NCBI GenBank assembly: GCA_000165345.1
Contig: CM000432.1
Location: forward strand, 160,001-224,000
Direction of reading: 5' to 3'
Length of the DNA: 64,000 bases
Position numbers and translations under genes: made by a program. Under the pieces are notes generated by a model. That model saw nothing but the letters and a program-made list of their open reading frames with translations, did not search any database and was not told where the DNA came from. Positions 1-10,600 of this stretch are shown here, one piece after another (position 1 is the first letter of the stretch; the number at the start of each line of letters is the position of its first letter).

Positions 1-340
1 TATAACATGAATTAATACATGCAAAAATAAATTGAAAAATAAATTGGCATTAATTTGGGACAGGATGTGGGGATATTTACGCAAAGCAATCCTCTTGAAA
101 CAAATAGCTATTGTAACAAATTTTCATGTTTCAAACTAGCATTATAATGCAAAGAATTTATTAATTCATTTAATTAAATAGTTAATTACCTACTATATAT
201 AAATTAATAAGTTTGTTATTGTGAATAAAGGCAATAGAATGGTGCGATTTATTATTTATTCGTGTATTAATAGAATTGTAGTTTCGTAATGTAAAGCGTT
301 TTTATGAAATTTAATTGAAACAAATATTAATATATATGTT

Positions 341-2674
341 TTAATTTCCAACAATAATTAGATATTTTATAACTGAAGAATTTGGTAGCATTCTCACAGG
401 AGAAATAAAAGAAGCACGGATTAATTGGTCTTGATATTGATTAATCAAATTATAATATTCATTAATAACAAAGAACTTGGAACAAATTACCTTGTCATCC
501 AAAGAGAAACCGTGTTTGCCCAGAGTATTTTGAACAGACACTCTAAGGTCATTCATTATTTTTTCCCATTTTTCTGCTGAAACTATTTTGGTTTCTTTCA
601 ACTCAAATAATATTATTATTGCTTTATTATTTGAAAAAGACCTTGATTCAAAGGTCCAAAAATTAAAGTCAGAATTTGATAACTCCACATAATAATCTTT
701 GTAATCGTTCATAATTATTGAAACTGGAATTAACTTGCACATTGTATTGGAAGGTAAATAATCAACATGCATTGGAATGATTATTGGATCTATCGAGGGA
801 TATTTCGAGGTTTCAATAAATTTTTGAATTTCCGACCATTTGTTAGAATCGTAACTTTTATTATAATTATACTCATTTATTAGAGATTTAAAGTAATCAG
901 CAACTTTAGATAATGAAATTCCTTCATTCTTAGATATCTCAATTATCCATACGTGTGTAATATTAAATACATCAAATCTGTATTCCACATCATTTTTAAA
1001 GCCTAATATGTGAGAATTATAAATTGATGAATTCAAATCGCATCTGAAAGATCTTAATGAAAGTGAGAGTTCAATAGATAATTGGATATCCAAATTCTTA
1101 AAACCTTTTGAATCTACCATCTCTAAGAAATTCTTAATTTGTTTACAGTTTGGAACTACTCCAGAGTGGGGAATCAGTCCATAAATACTTGAACTCAGTA
1201 AAATGCAAGTATCCTCAATTTCCCCTGATTTATATTGGAAGTTACTTAATAAATTAAAAGATTTTCCACTTGAAACAATAATGCAATTTGAAAAAGACCT
1301 TGGGATTGAAGTTCCATAAGATGAGATAGACGATGAACATGATTCTTTAATCAATATTTGCCCATCATTTATACTGTTTTTAACAATAACTATGTGAAAC
1401 TTTGAATTAATTACTCGTTTATTAGTGGAATAGTTGATATTTATTACGGGATTCCATTTTACCCCAAAACTTTCCAAATTAATCATATCCCAAAGTTCAG
1501 ATAATTCAAAAATCCTGAAAAATGCATTTTCCGTTTCGAATAATGGAATTAGTACATCAAAGTATATGGCTTTGCTTGAAATAAACCAATCTTTATTACT
1601 TAAATGTTCTAAAATAAATTTTGAAATTTTTTCTGAATAAGAATTAGTATTTAAAGAATTAAAATTTAAGTCAATGGTAATCAAAAAAGTTGTTTCTGTT
1701 TCAAAAGAGTGTATTTCAAATAAATCATTTGAATCACTCAGATTTTCAATACTTATATCAATTGTATTAATTTTTGTTTCCGGCTCAATTCCTTTCTCAG
1801 GTTCAAAACTAGCTAACTTATATCTACCTGTATCACAAATGTAGTAAAATAAGCTGTAATTAGGGTCCAAAAATGGCAAAACTGTTTTGATTTCTTCATC
1901 ATTACTTTTTTCTTTCCTCCTCAACTGATATTCTATTGGTCTCAAAGCATAAACAGGAGCATAAGGATTTGAGTCTAAGCAAATACTTTGAAAACTTTCA
2001 ATGGAAATATAATTATTCCTAAATAAGTGGTTTGGTCCATCAACTGTTAATGACTCGTATTCACCTCCTTCTCCACAACAATGAAAATCTCTGCATATTT
2101 TATTTTGAATATTTTCAAAGTCATCTACACAGTCAGAAATCATCCTCCCAAGAAAACTTCCATTTAATCCAAATGATGCAACTTTTACTATCATACTTCT
2201 TAATCCACTTTCTATAATAGAATTTAATAATGCATGCTCTGGTAACATCCACATAAAACAAAAGCTTTGTAGTCTTAATCGGTGGCATACTTCTTCAAGT
2301 CGATTCCTTTGGTAATTTGACATGACTGCCCCACAACTAACTCCTTGAATATCTGGGAACTTTTCTTTAACATTTTTTAAAAGTTCAAATAAGTCTTCTA
2401 CTTCATCTCCTTGAGTAGTTTTATAATTCATTTCCTGATTAATCGCTTTTCCTGAAATACTTTTACGAATTAATGGAACCTCCATACATTCCGAAATAAG
2501 TGGAACCAATTCTTTTCCTACGCTTTGATACATATAACTATCAATTTCAACTATATCCTCAGGAGTTAAATTTGCTAGAGCTAAAATCTCAAATCCGAGG
2601 GATTTACAGCATAAAAGGTTAAAAATACTATCTTTTCCTCCAGAAATTAGCCCAACAACTTTCTTTGTTTTCAT
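341..2674 (-). CDS. Diphthine-ammonia ligase (DPH6-like; N-terminal PP-loop ATPase domain plus divergent C-terminal extension)
   Basis: The N-terminal ~240 aa (MKTKKVVGLISGGKDS...EYNYTATQGDEVEDLFELL...CGEGGEYESL) align closely with yeast DPH6/ATPBD4, including the SGGKDS PP-loop and the CGEGGE motif. The start is a true ATG at 2674. Confidence 0.7.
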   Translation of the reverse strand: MKTKKVVGLISGGKDSIFNLLCCKSLGFEILALANLTPEDIVEIDSYMYQSVGKELVPLISECMEVPLIRKSISGKAINQEMNYKTTQGDEVEDLFELLKNVKEKFPDIQGVSCGAVMSNYQRNRLEEVCHRLRLQSFCFMWMLPEHALLNSIIESGLRSMIVKVASFGLNGSFLGRMISDCVDDFENIQNKICRDFHCCGEGGEYESLTVDGPNHLFRNNYISIESFQSICLDSNPYAPVYALRPIEYQLRRKEKSNDEEIKTVLPFLDPNYSLFYYICDTGRYKLASFEPEKGIEPETKINTIDISIENLSDSNDLFEIHSFETETTFLITIDLNFNSLNTNSYSEKISKFILEHLSNKDWFISSKAIYFDVLIPLFETENAFFRIFELSELWDMINLESFGVKWNPVININYSTNKRVINSKFHIVIVKNSINDGQILIKESCSSSISSYGTSIPRSFSNCIIVSSGKSFNLLSNFQYKSGEIEDTCILLSSSIYGLIPHSGVVPNCKQIKNFLEMVDSKGFKNLDIQLSIELSLSLRSFRCDLNSSIYNSHILGFKNDVEYRFDVFNITHVWIIEISKNEGISLSKVADYFKSLINEYNYNKSYDSNKWSEIQKFIETSKYPSIDPIIIPMHVDYLPSNTMCKLIPVSIIMNDYKDYYVELSNSDFNFWTFESRSFSNNKAIIILFELKETKIVSAEKWEKIMNDLRVSVQNTLGKHGFSLDDKVICSKFFVINEYYNLINQYQDQLIRASFISPVRMLPNSSVIKYLIIVGN

Positions 2675-2886
2675 TTCATTCCTTTATTTAATTACACTTA
2701 AAAGATAAAAAAAAATCAATAATGATCAAAAAGTATTTTTCAGACCGTTTTTCACAGTCTCCCGCCATATGGGGAATAATTTTTGCATTTTTTTCCCCAA
2801 ATTAAAATAAGGAATCAAAAAAAATTCATTTTTTCACAGAAAAAGTAGTGATATATTAATAGCTATCTTTTGTGCCCTTCTAATGA

Positions 2887-3588
2887 ATGCCAAACAAATT
2901 CATTTTTAGAACAAGCTTAAAATATGCCAAAATATTGTTGGGTATACACTTAATTCAAAAATATGGGTTTAGTATATGTATTACGGATGGACCTTCAATG
3001 ATTCCAACAATAGGACCGAAGAGAGAACTTTTGCTCTATGAAAAACTTTCTATTTCTTTATCCAGAATATTTAAACTGAATGGAAATTTTCCAGTCAACA
3101 GAAATGATATAATAATTGCAAATTCAGTGGAAAATCCAGAAATATTAGTTTGCAAGAGAGTAATTGGTAAAGTAAGTTATGATTAAAAAAAAATACTTGA
3201 GATTTTTTTTTTTAATACCGAAAACAATTTTAGGAAGGAGATATTGTAACAGTATTTCCAAATTATACATTAGTATCTAAATTTAATAATTGTAATTTTA
3301 TAGATTTTATTCATAAACGTCATTCTTGTTTTCAAATGAAAATACCTCCAAATTATTTTTGGATACAAGGAGATAATTTTAATAACTCCAGAGATTCCAG
3401 AAACTATGGCCCTATTCACGAATCATTGATAATAGGAAGGGTAATCTATAAGGTAAGTAATTTTTATTATTATTACTACTACTATATTACTAATTAAAAT
3501 ATACTAGTTATGGCCGAATCCAATTTTTTCAAAATTATCTGCAATTATAAGGAGAAAAATGGATCAAATCAATACTTTAGAAAATTAA
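2887..3588 (+). CDS. Mitochondrial inner-membrane-protease-like signal peptidase (S26 family), 3 exons
   Basis: Exon 1 (2887..3171) carries the catalytic-Ser box GPSMIPT and the catalytic-Lys box VCKRVIGK, followed by a GTAAGT donor at 3172. Exon 2 (3234..3452), after a TTTTAG acceptor, encodes GDIVTVFPN and the box-E-like motif IQGDNFNNSRDSRNYGPIHESLIIGRVIYK, followed by a GTAAGT donor at 3453. Exon 3 (3508..3588) encodes LWPNPIF...*. All junctions keep the reading frame. Confidence 0.65.
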
Positions 3589-3622
3589 TATTTAGTTGTA
3601 TATAATTCAAATATAAACGAGT

Positions 3623-4219
3623 CTAAATTTCCTCCCAAGTCAGCTCGAATCCACAGATTTTGCATTTTTTCTTATAAAGACCACTTTCTGTATTAATTTT
3701 GACAGGGGGGTCGAAATCATGTTCATGGTAACTTTCTTGTTTTAACATCCTTTTCTTGTTTTCATTTTCAAGTCTTTTTTCAATCCTTAACCTTTTTTGT
3801 TCCATTTTCTTCTGTTCCTTTTCGCTTAGCTCACTCGTTATCCCGAGTCTCTTATTTATCTTCTTCTGTATTTTTCTATCTTCAGCATTTGTTGACTCAG
3901 CCAATGCTTGTTCTACGCTTCCGTATTTTTTTATTGCAGCTTCTTCAACCTGAAATTTGTAGTACAACTTCATAAATCTGTTCTTCCCATAAGAAGTTGG
4001 TTTCTTGACTATTGCAAACCCTTCTCCACTTAAATCTTGAGCACTTAATGCATAATCCTTCATTGCATTTGTCTGAGTCATTTTACTATATTCATCATCT
4101 TTCCCTTGAAAAAAGCATCTTCTACATACATATATGCCTACGCTCTTCAGAGTTTCCTCCACTGCAACTGAAAGATTATTTCCGAGGTCGCATCTACAAC
4201 TCCTACATGAGTGAGACAT
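3623..4219 (-). CDS. XPA: DNA repair protein XPA/Rad14 homologue (compact, 198 aa)
   Basis: It has a C4 zinc finger (CRSCRC...CRRC). The stretch KKPTSYGKNRFMKLYYKFQVEEAAIKKYGSVEQALAE matches the XPA core ([31 protein letters not shown]). The C-terminal HEHDFDPP...YKKKCKICGFELTWEEI matches human XPA HQHEYGPE...YRKTCTMCGHELTYEKM. The start is an ATG. Confidence 0.75.
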   Translation of the reverse strand: MSHSCRSCRCDLGNNLSVAVEETLKSVGIYVCRRCFFQGKDDEYSKMTQTNAMKDYALSAQDLSGEGFAIVKKPTSYGKNRFMKLYYKFQVEEAAIKKYGSVEQALAESTNAEDRKIQKKINKRLGITSELSEKEQKKMEQKRLRIEKRLENENKKRMLKQESYHEHDFDPPVKINTESGLYKKKCKICGFELTWEEI

Positions 4220-4600
4220 TTTTCATTATTTTCTTGATTTCTGTTTATTTCTTTTTACATTAATACTTTTTTTGGCGGTAAAGTGTTTACATGCATGTCG
4301 GCCAATTTAAAAAACATTAAGCTAATTCAATACAACTGTCAAAAAAAACCAGATTACGACCAAAAGATCACTTCTTGAGCTTTTCAAATATTATTATTCT
4401 CTTACCCTTATTAAATGATCTATTATGAAATTTTTTACGCAAGATGTAGCTAATAGTAGCAAATAAAGGTGTGGAATAATATAATAATAACTAGTTATTT
4501 GAGTTAGGATATTTATATAAATAATATTAATATAGAAACTATTAGTTCACAAATGTTTATTTTTTAATTATAATTGTAGATCAATGTACTTTGAGAAATT

Positions 4601-7600
4601 ATGGTCTTTAAGATTATAAAATATATTTCTACAATACTAATATTTATTATTTTCGGAGCAGAATCTAACATTCAAAATGATATTGAAAATAATGATTTAA
4701 TTACTATTAACACACATTTGCGTAATGAAATTTCAGTTTTTGAACTTATAAAGTTTGAGAATCAAAGATTCATACCAAAAAATGTGAATGTAGAATTTTA
4801 CTGGGACAAATTCCAAGTCAATGATATATATAAACGAGTATGTTATTTTTATAGTCCTAAAAATACCACAAAAACTCCAAAAAATCAACATGAAAACAAT
4901 TACTCATATTCAATTGGAGGATTTAATCTGTTTCAAACAGCATTTTCAAGAGAACCTAATAGTTTAAAAGAGGTAGATATTAGAATGTTGGAAATAAGTA
5001 AAACATTGCTTCGATTCTTTGATTATGAGTACGATTTATCTCGTCCAACAAATGATTCAAGTGCTGATATAAATATTTGGAGACATATTCGCTATAATAA
5101 GATGAAATTGAGTAATTTAATAATACCAGGAAGAGGTTCTAGTAGGCTTTATATTAAGACTGAAACTAACTTAGCATATATAGGTAACTATTTTGGATAT
5201 TTAAAAGTTAAATATGAAGATGAAGTTGAATTAAAAGCTGTAAAATTATCAATTAGTCCATCTCCTTTAAATCTGTTTATTTTAAAAGAAAACCAAGTAT
5301 TTGAAGAATCCAATAATAAAGTAATAGTTATCGACTTTGTATTAAGAAATCATCTAGTTTTCAGAAATTTGAATACTTTTTTTCAACCTAAACTTGAAGG
5401 CTTTAATGAAAACTTATGTAAAATAAAAAATATACTTCAAAAAGAATCTCAAATAATAGAAATTAGACCAGGAGGACTAGAGAAGATTCAGATAATTTGC
5501 TCTATTGGAAGATTGAAACCAGAATTAATTAAAGATCTCTTACTAATTCAAATTAATAGTTTTTGGAGCAGTTCCAGTAGATATAAAACAACTTATAAAT
5601 ATAGTGAAATAGTGAGACATGAAAGAAAATTTAATAGAGGATTATTTTTATCTGAATTTATAATGGACTATCCAATTTCTTCAGAATTTTTTAACTTTAA
5701 GATTGTTGGACAAAGAGAATATTCAATAAATTATTTAAAAGAAAATGAGACAGGAATAATTAACTTTTATAATCCATTTAAAACAGATTTTCTTTCTTCA
5801 CAATATTGGATAAGTTTGGATTTGCTTCAAATATCTGAAAAGGTACTAAACTTAAGATATATTAAAATAATAATTGAAGTTGATAGTAAATTATCAGATT
5901 TCCTATATGTTACTTTTGATAATAATATTAGAGAAAAATTCTATGAACTAGATTCAATTACTGAAATGAATTCCCTTCTATTCTTAAAAATTAATTTGGG
6001 CTTTAACCCACAGACTTTAATTGATCAAGTATTTGTTACAAATGATAGGGAAAGTATGAAATTAAAAATTCCTATCAAAGTAAAGTTATTTGAGAATCAT
6101 AAAGATATTTCTAATGACACAAATATTTTTGAAAGGATCTGGATCTTTAATTTTGATTTAGAGAGTGAAGCTGATGAATATATTATTAAAAATAATTTAC
6201 TTGAAAACAAGATTAGACAACCCAGATTAATTGTGAGAGATTTGGATGAAAATATAAGTCTGAACATTTTAAAAATCAAGAACTCAAAGGCAAAAGATTC
6301 TGAAGAAGTAGAAATAAACTTTTTAGAGAATAAAGAAAATAATTTTGGTCTAATTTCAAAAGTTTCAGTTCTTACAATGAAAAATTATGATATTGGCCAA
6401 TTAACACTAAATTTTAAAAAACTAATAAATAGAAAAATATTCGAAATAAAGCAAAATAACTCGGCTATCAATAACTCAATAGAAGATTTACCATATTTTA
6501 TAGAGATAGGAAAAAATAAAAGGCTACAATTAGCTACAATAGCTAGTTGCGGTATAGTTGAATTAAACAAAAATGAAATAGATTTTGGAATAGTACCAGT
6601 AAGTTTATTTGGGAACCCAAAATTAATTCAAAAAATAGAGATGAAATTAAGAAGATTTGAAGCAGGAAGAAAATGTGGTAAAAAATTTTCAGTTGGGTTT
6701 AGCGTTTCAATCAATTTCAACTTAAGAGTTACATGGAAAAAAAATCTTTATCCTTCAAGTAGCACTAGAATAATAAAAATCAACAAAAAAGATATAAAAT
6801 TAATTAAAGAATATATTTATGATTTTTATATTGAAGATTCTGAAGTATTTTTACTTATTGTTGAACCTGATTTTAACAGTCCAGTAAATGTAGAACACAA
6901 ACAATCTACAGACATCTCAACTCAATTAGAGGTTTATATTCCTGCAACGATGAAAAAGTATTATAATAATGAACTAAGAGATACAAGTGAGAAATTAAAT
7001 CTGAAAAATGAATTCTTAACACGTAATTTATTTTTCAGCCAGTTTGTCAAAATTGCATGTATTATTAGGGGTTTACACATTTCGGCGGGAACCCCACAAA
7101 TTAGAAATGCATTGCATAGTGAAATTATGTCACAAGAATTAGTCAAAAGTGGTAAATTACCAATAAGTTTATTTTTTATAGAAATTAAAAATGAGGAGGA
7201 TTTTCCTGTTCAATATTCACTCCAACGAGATTTTAGACTTGAGAATAAAGAAAGAGAGATAAATAAATATTTTACGGAAAACTATACATTTTACATTTCT
7301 TATGAAAAAAATGCAAATAATAAATCAGAAGAATTAATAAATAAGTTTGAAGAACAGTTTAATATTGTTGAAAATAAAACTTTCTCAGAACTTATCAGCA
7401 AGGAGAGTGAGCTATTTGATAATTTGGCATTTAATTTTCCTTTTAAAAGTTTATATTTAATGAATGCAATAATAATTCTAAAGTTTGGGTTGGTTTGCAT
7501 TTTTAATGGAGAAGTTTTTACCTATCAAAACTCTTTTTGTGTTAAGTTATTACCCACTGAAATTGCTGAAAGCGTTGGGAATTTAAAAATATCATTTGGG

Positions 7601-10600
7601 CATATAAGAATGAATATTTGGCAAGTATTAATCAGATTTCGTTTGGAAAATAGTAATACTGAATTATTGACAGGACTAAAATTCTACGAGACTGGGAGAT
7701 TAGATTGGAAATTTTACAATTTTGGTAATTTTCCACTTGACCTAGAGATTTTTGAAAAGTTTGTTCCTGTTATTTTTTCAAACCAAAATCTGGACTCAGC
7801 ATTTAAGCTGAAGGAAACGATAGAGCTTGGAAAGATTGAGAAGATAATCCGTATTTCAGCAGTTCCTTGGCTTGAGGTTTCTAGTGAAATCCCAAGAACA
7901 GGCTATTTACTTCCAAAGGAAAATAGATTAATAACCATTTTGGTTCACAATCAAATTCTTACTTCAACTTCAATAAATTCAAAGTTTAAAGAGTTAAAAT
8001 GTAGTTATGACTTAGTATTCAAGGGATTGACAGATATTGGAGAAACTCTAGATATATCTGATGATCCATTTTCGAGAATGCTATTGGAAAACGACCATGA
8101 ATTAAGACAGGAAAGTAATGGAATGAAATCATTATTTTCACTAGATTGGAAAATCCCAAATGTAGTGAATGATTTGGGATATGGAGGAGGATTTGTTAAG
8201 AAAATTACTCTTATCAATTCACCTACATCTAAAATAGAAGGGAATCATTCCGTATTAGAATATATACAATTTATCGTGGAGATCCAAAATCCAATTATAT
8301 GCACTAAAAAAGAAAGAAAGACTTATACAGATGAAGATGAATCAGATTCTTTTAGCAGTGATGAAAATGATCAACAAATTGAAGATGTTTACACTGATAG
8401 AACTAATACATCTGAAGATAATTTTTGTACTCCATTTAATAATATTGAAGTTGTAAAAGGGTTTAGAATTATTTGGTATCCTTATAACAACTTTAGTCCA
8501 ACTAATTATAAAAGTCTTGAGATTTTAATTAAAGATGTTCCAAAGTTTGATTTCAAAACAAGTTCCTATAGTTTTGAAAGTGATAAACAAGAGGAATCAG
8601 AGGAGAATTCAGAAATTTCTCGAATTTTTACTAACTACATAAAAGAAACAGATTCTCAAGACTCTGAATATGCTTATTTGCTTAAAATCAAATATGACTT
8701 TGTATTAAACCAACAATATACATTCAAGTTTGCTATTACTCATCATGATAATATCAAAAATAGTGTATTTATTCCACCTTTTGGATTCAATGTTACAGCT
8801 CAAAATCATTCACTAAGATGGTTAAAATCTCTAAATTCTGTTGAAAATGGCATTTCTCAAAGTTCTATTCTTAAAAACTTTACAAAGAGAATATGTAAGG
8901 GGAATGTTAACGTTTTCTCTGATAATTCAATGATTTTGAACTGGGACAAAGAATTTCTGAAAATTATTAATACTTTTTCAATAAGTTATTTAGAGTCGGA
9001 CACTATTGAGCAGGTAGAGGAAGAAGAATGGCAAGTAAAAGAGCTTTTCTTTGATTTAATAGATAATGAAGAACATTCTCCAAATAACAAGAAATTATTA
9101 TTCATAAGAAATTCCTATAAAACTGATGGAATCGCAAAATTCTTTTCTGAAGATATTAATAATGGAACTAGTTTATTTGTTAAGATTCAAGATCTTCCAT
9201 CTAGTTTGAGAATAAAAATTCTAGTTGAAATCCAAGATAATAACTCTGAGAAATTCCAATGTATTTCAAAAACTTTTCAAACAAATGATGGAGTTCCAAA
9301 TGAACCAAGAGATTTTCAATTCATTCCTTTGACTATCAATTCTCTTAAATTGAGTTGGAACACACCCAAATCTCATGGGGGTTCGGAGATATTTGATTAT
9401 TTGATCAATTTATCTCCAGAATTGGTTGCCAGTCCCAATGAGTTTAAAATTGAAAACATTTCAATTATCAGTGATAAGTTGATGATTATTTCAGATCAAA
9501 TTTATCCTTTTGTATCTTATAAAGCAATAGTTCAGGCAAGAAATAAGTTTGGGATTGGAAAACCGTCTATTATTCATCATATATCATCTCGAGGAGTGAA
9601 TTCTTGTATTAGTACTGGGACTTATAAATTAGTAATAAATGAAAATTCAACGCGTCAAATAACCTGGAAAGTTGAAAATCAAGAAAATATTGATTTAAAA
9701 TCTGTATTAATTTATCTTTATTGCAACAAAAGAGGTAATTTCAAGAATCAATTCTTAATAGAATTATTGAAAGCTTCAAATATCTGTAATTTTTATTTTG
9801 GTAAAGTTATTTGTACTTGGATAGAAAATAAAGAATACATTTTGGATTTAAGATGTGATAGTTATTCATTCAAAATGATTAACAAGACAGATAAATTTGT
9901 GAATGGAGATTTTTCTTGTATTGGTGAATTTGGTACACAAAAACTTCGAAAACTAAAAGGAGAATCTAATAATAACATAAACTTGGATCATAAGATTAAA
10001 GTGTATCATATAAATTCAATAGATGAGCTTAATGATATTAAACAGAAAAGGGAGAAATTGTATTACCCAAGAGGATATAATCCAGAATGGGATAACGGGT
10101 TAACTAAAACAATTTTGAAGATGGATATTATGGGTCAAAATACCAGTTTAATTGAAATTGAAGTCAATTATCTTCATGAGACAGAAAACATGAATGAAAT
10201 TATATTAAATGGGACAGTAGAGAATGTTTTCCACAATAAATACTATTATGATTTAAAACAAGTAAAAAGAATGAAAAGTTCAACAAGTATGAAGAATTGG
10301 AGTATATTTGAAGAAAGGAATCATTTAGATATCAATAACCATAAATTAGGGCAAGAAGAACAAATTGAATTGGTGATATTAAATTTGATTCCAGAAATGA
10401 CAATATTGATTTCAATTAGGGAATTGAATGGAAATAATGAAGAGGTTTCTATTTCAAGACATGTTTTGAGAATTCCAAATAAAACGAAGAAAATTGAATT
10501 ATTAAATAGAAAATTATTAAGCTTAGGAATACTCAAGGTTCAATTAGATGACCATTTTATTACTCAAGGGGAATTTTCTGGTAAAAGGAGTGGAAATGGA

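Noticed and set aside
1434-2217. Short plus-strand ORFs (68 and 61 aa) inside the DPH6-like gene
   Set aside because: They are antisense to a conserved coding region and too short and low-complexity to credit.
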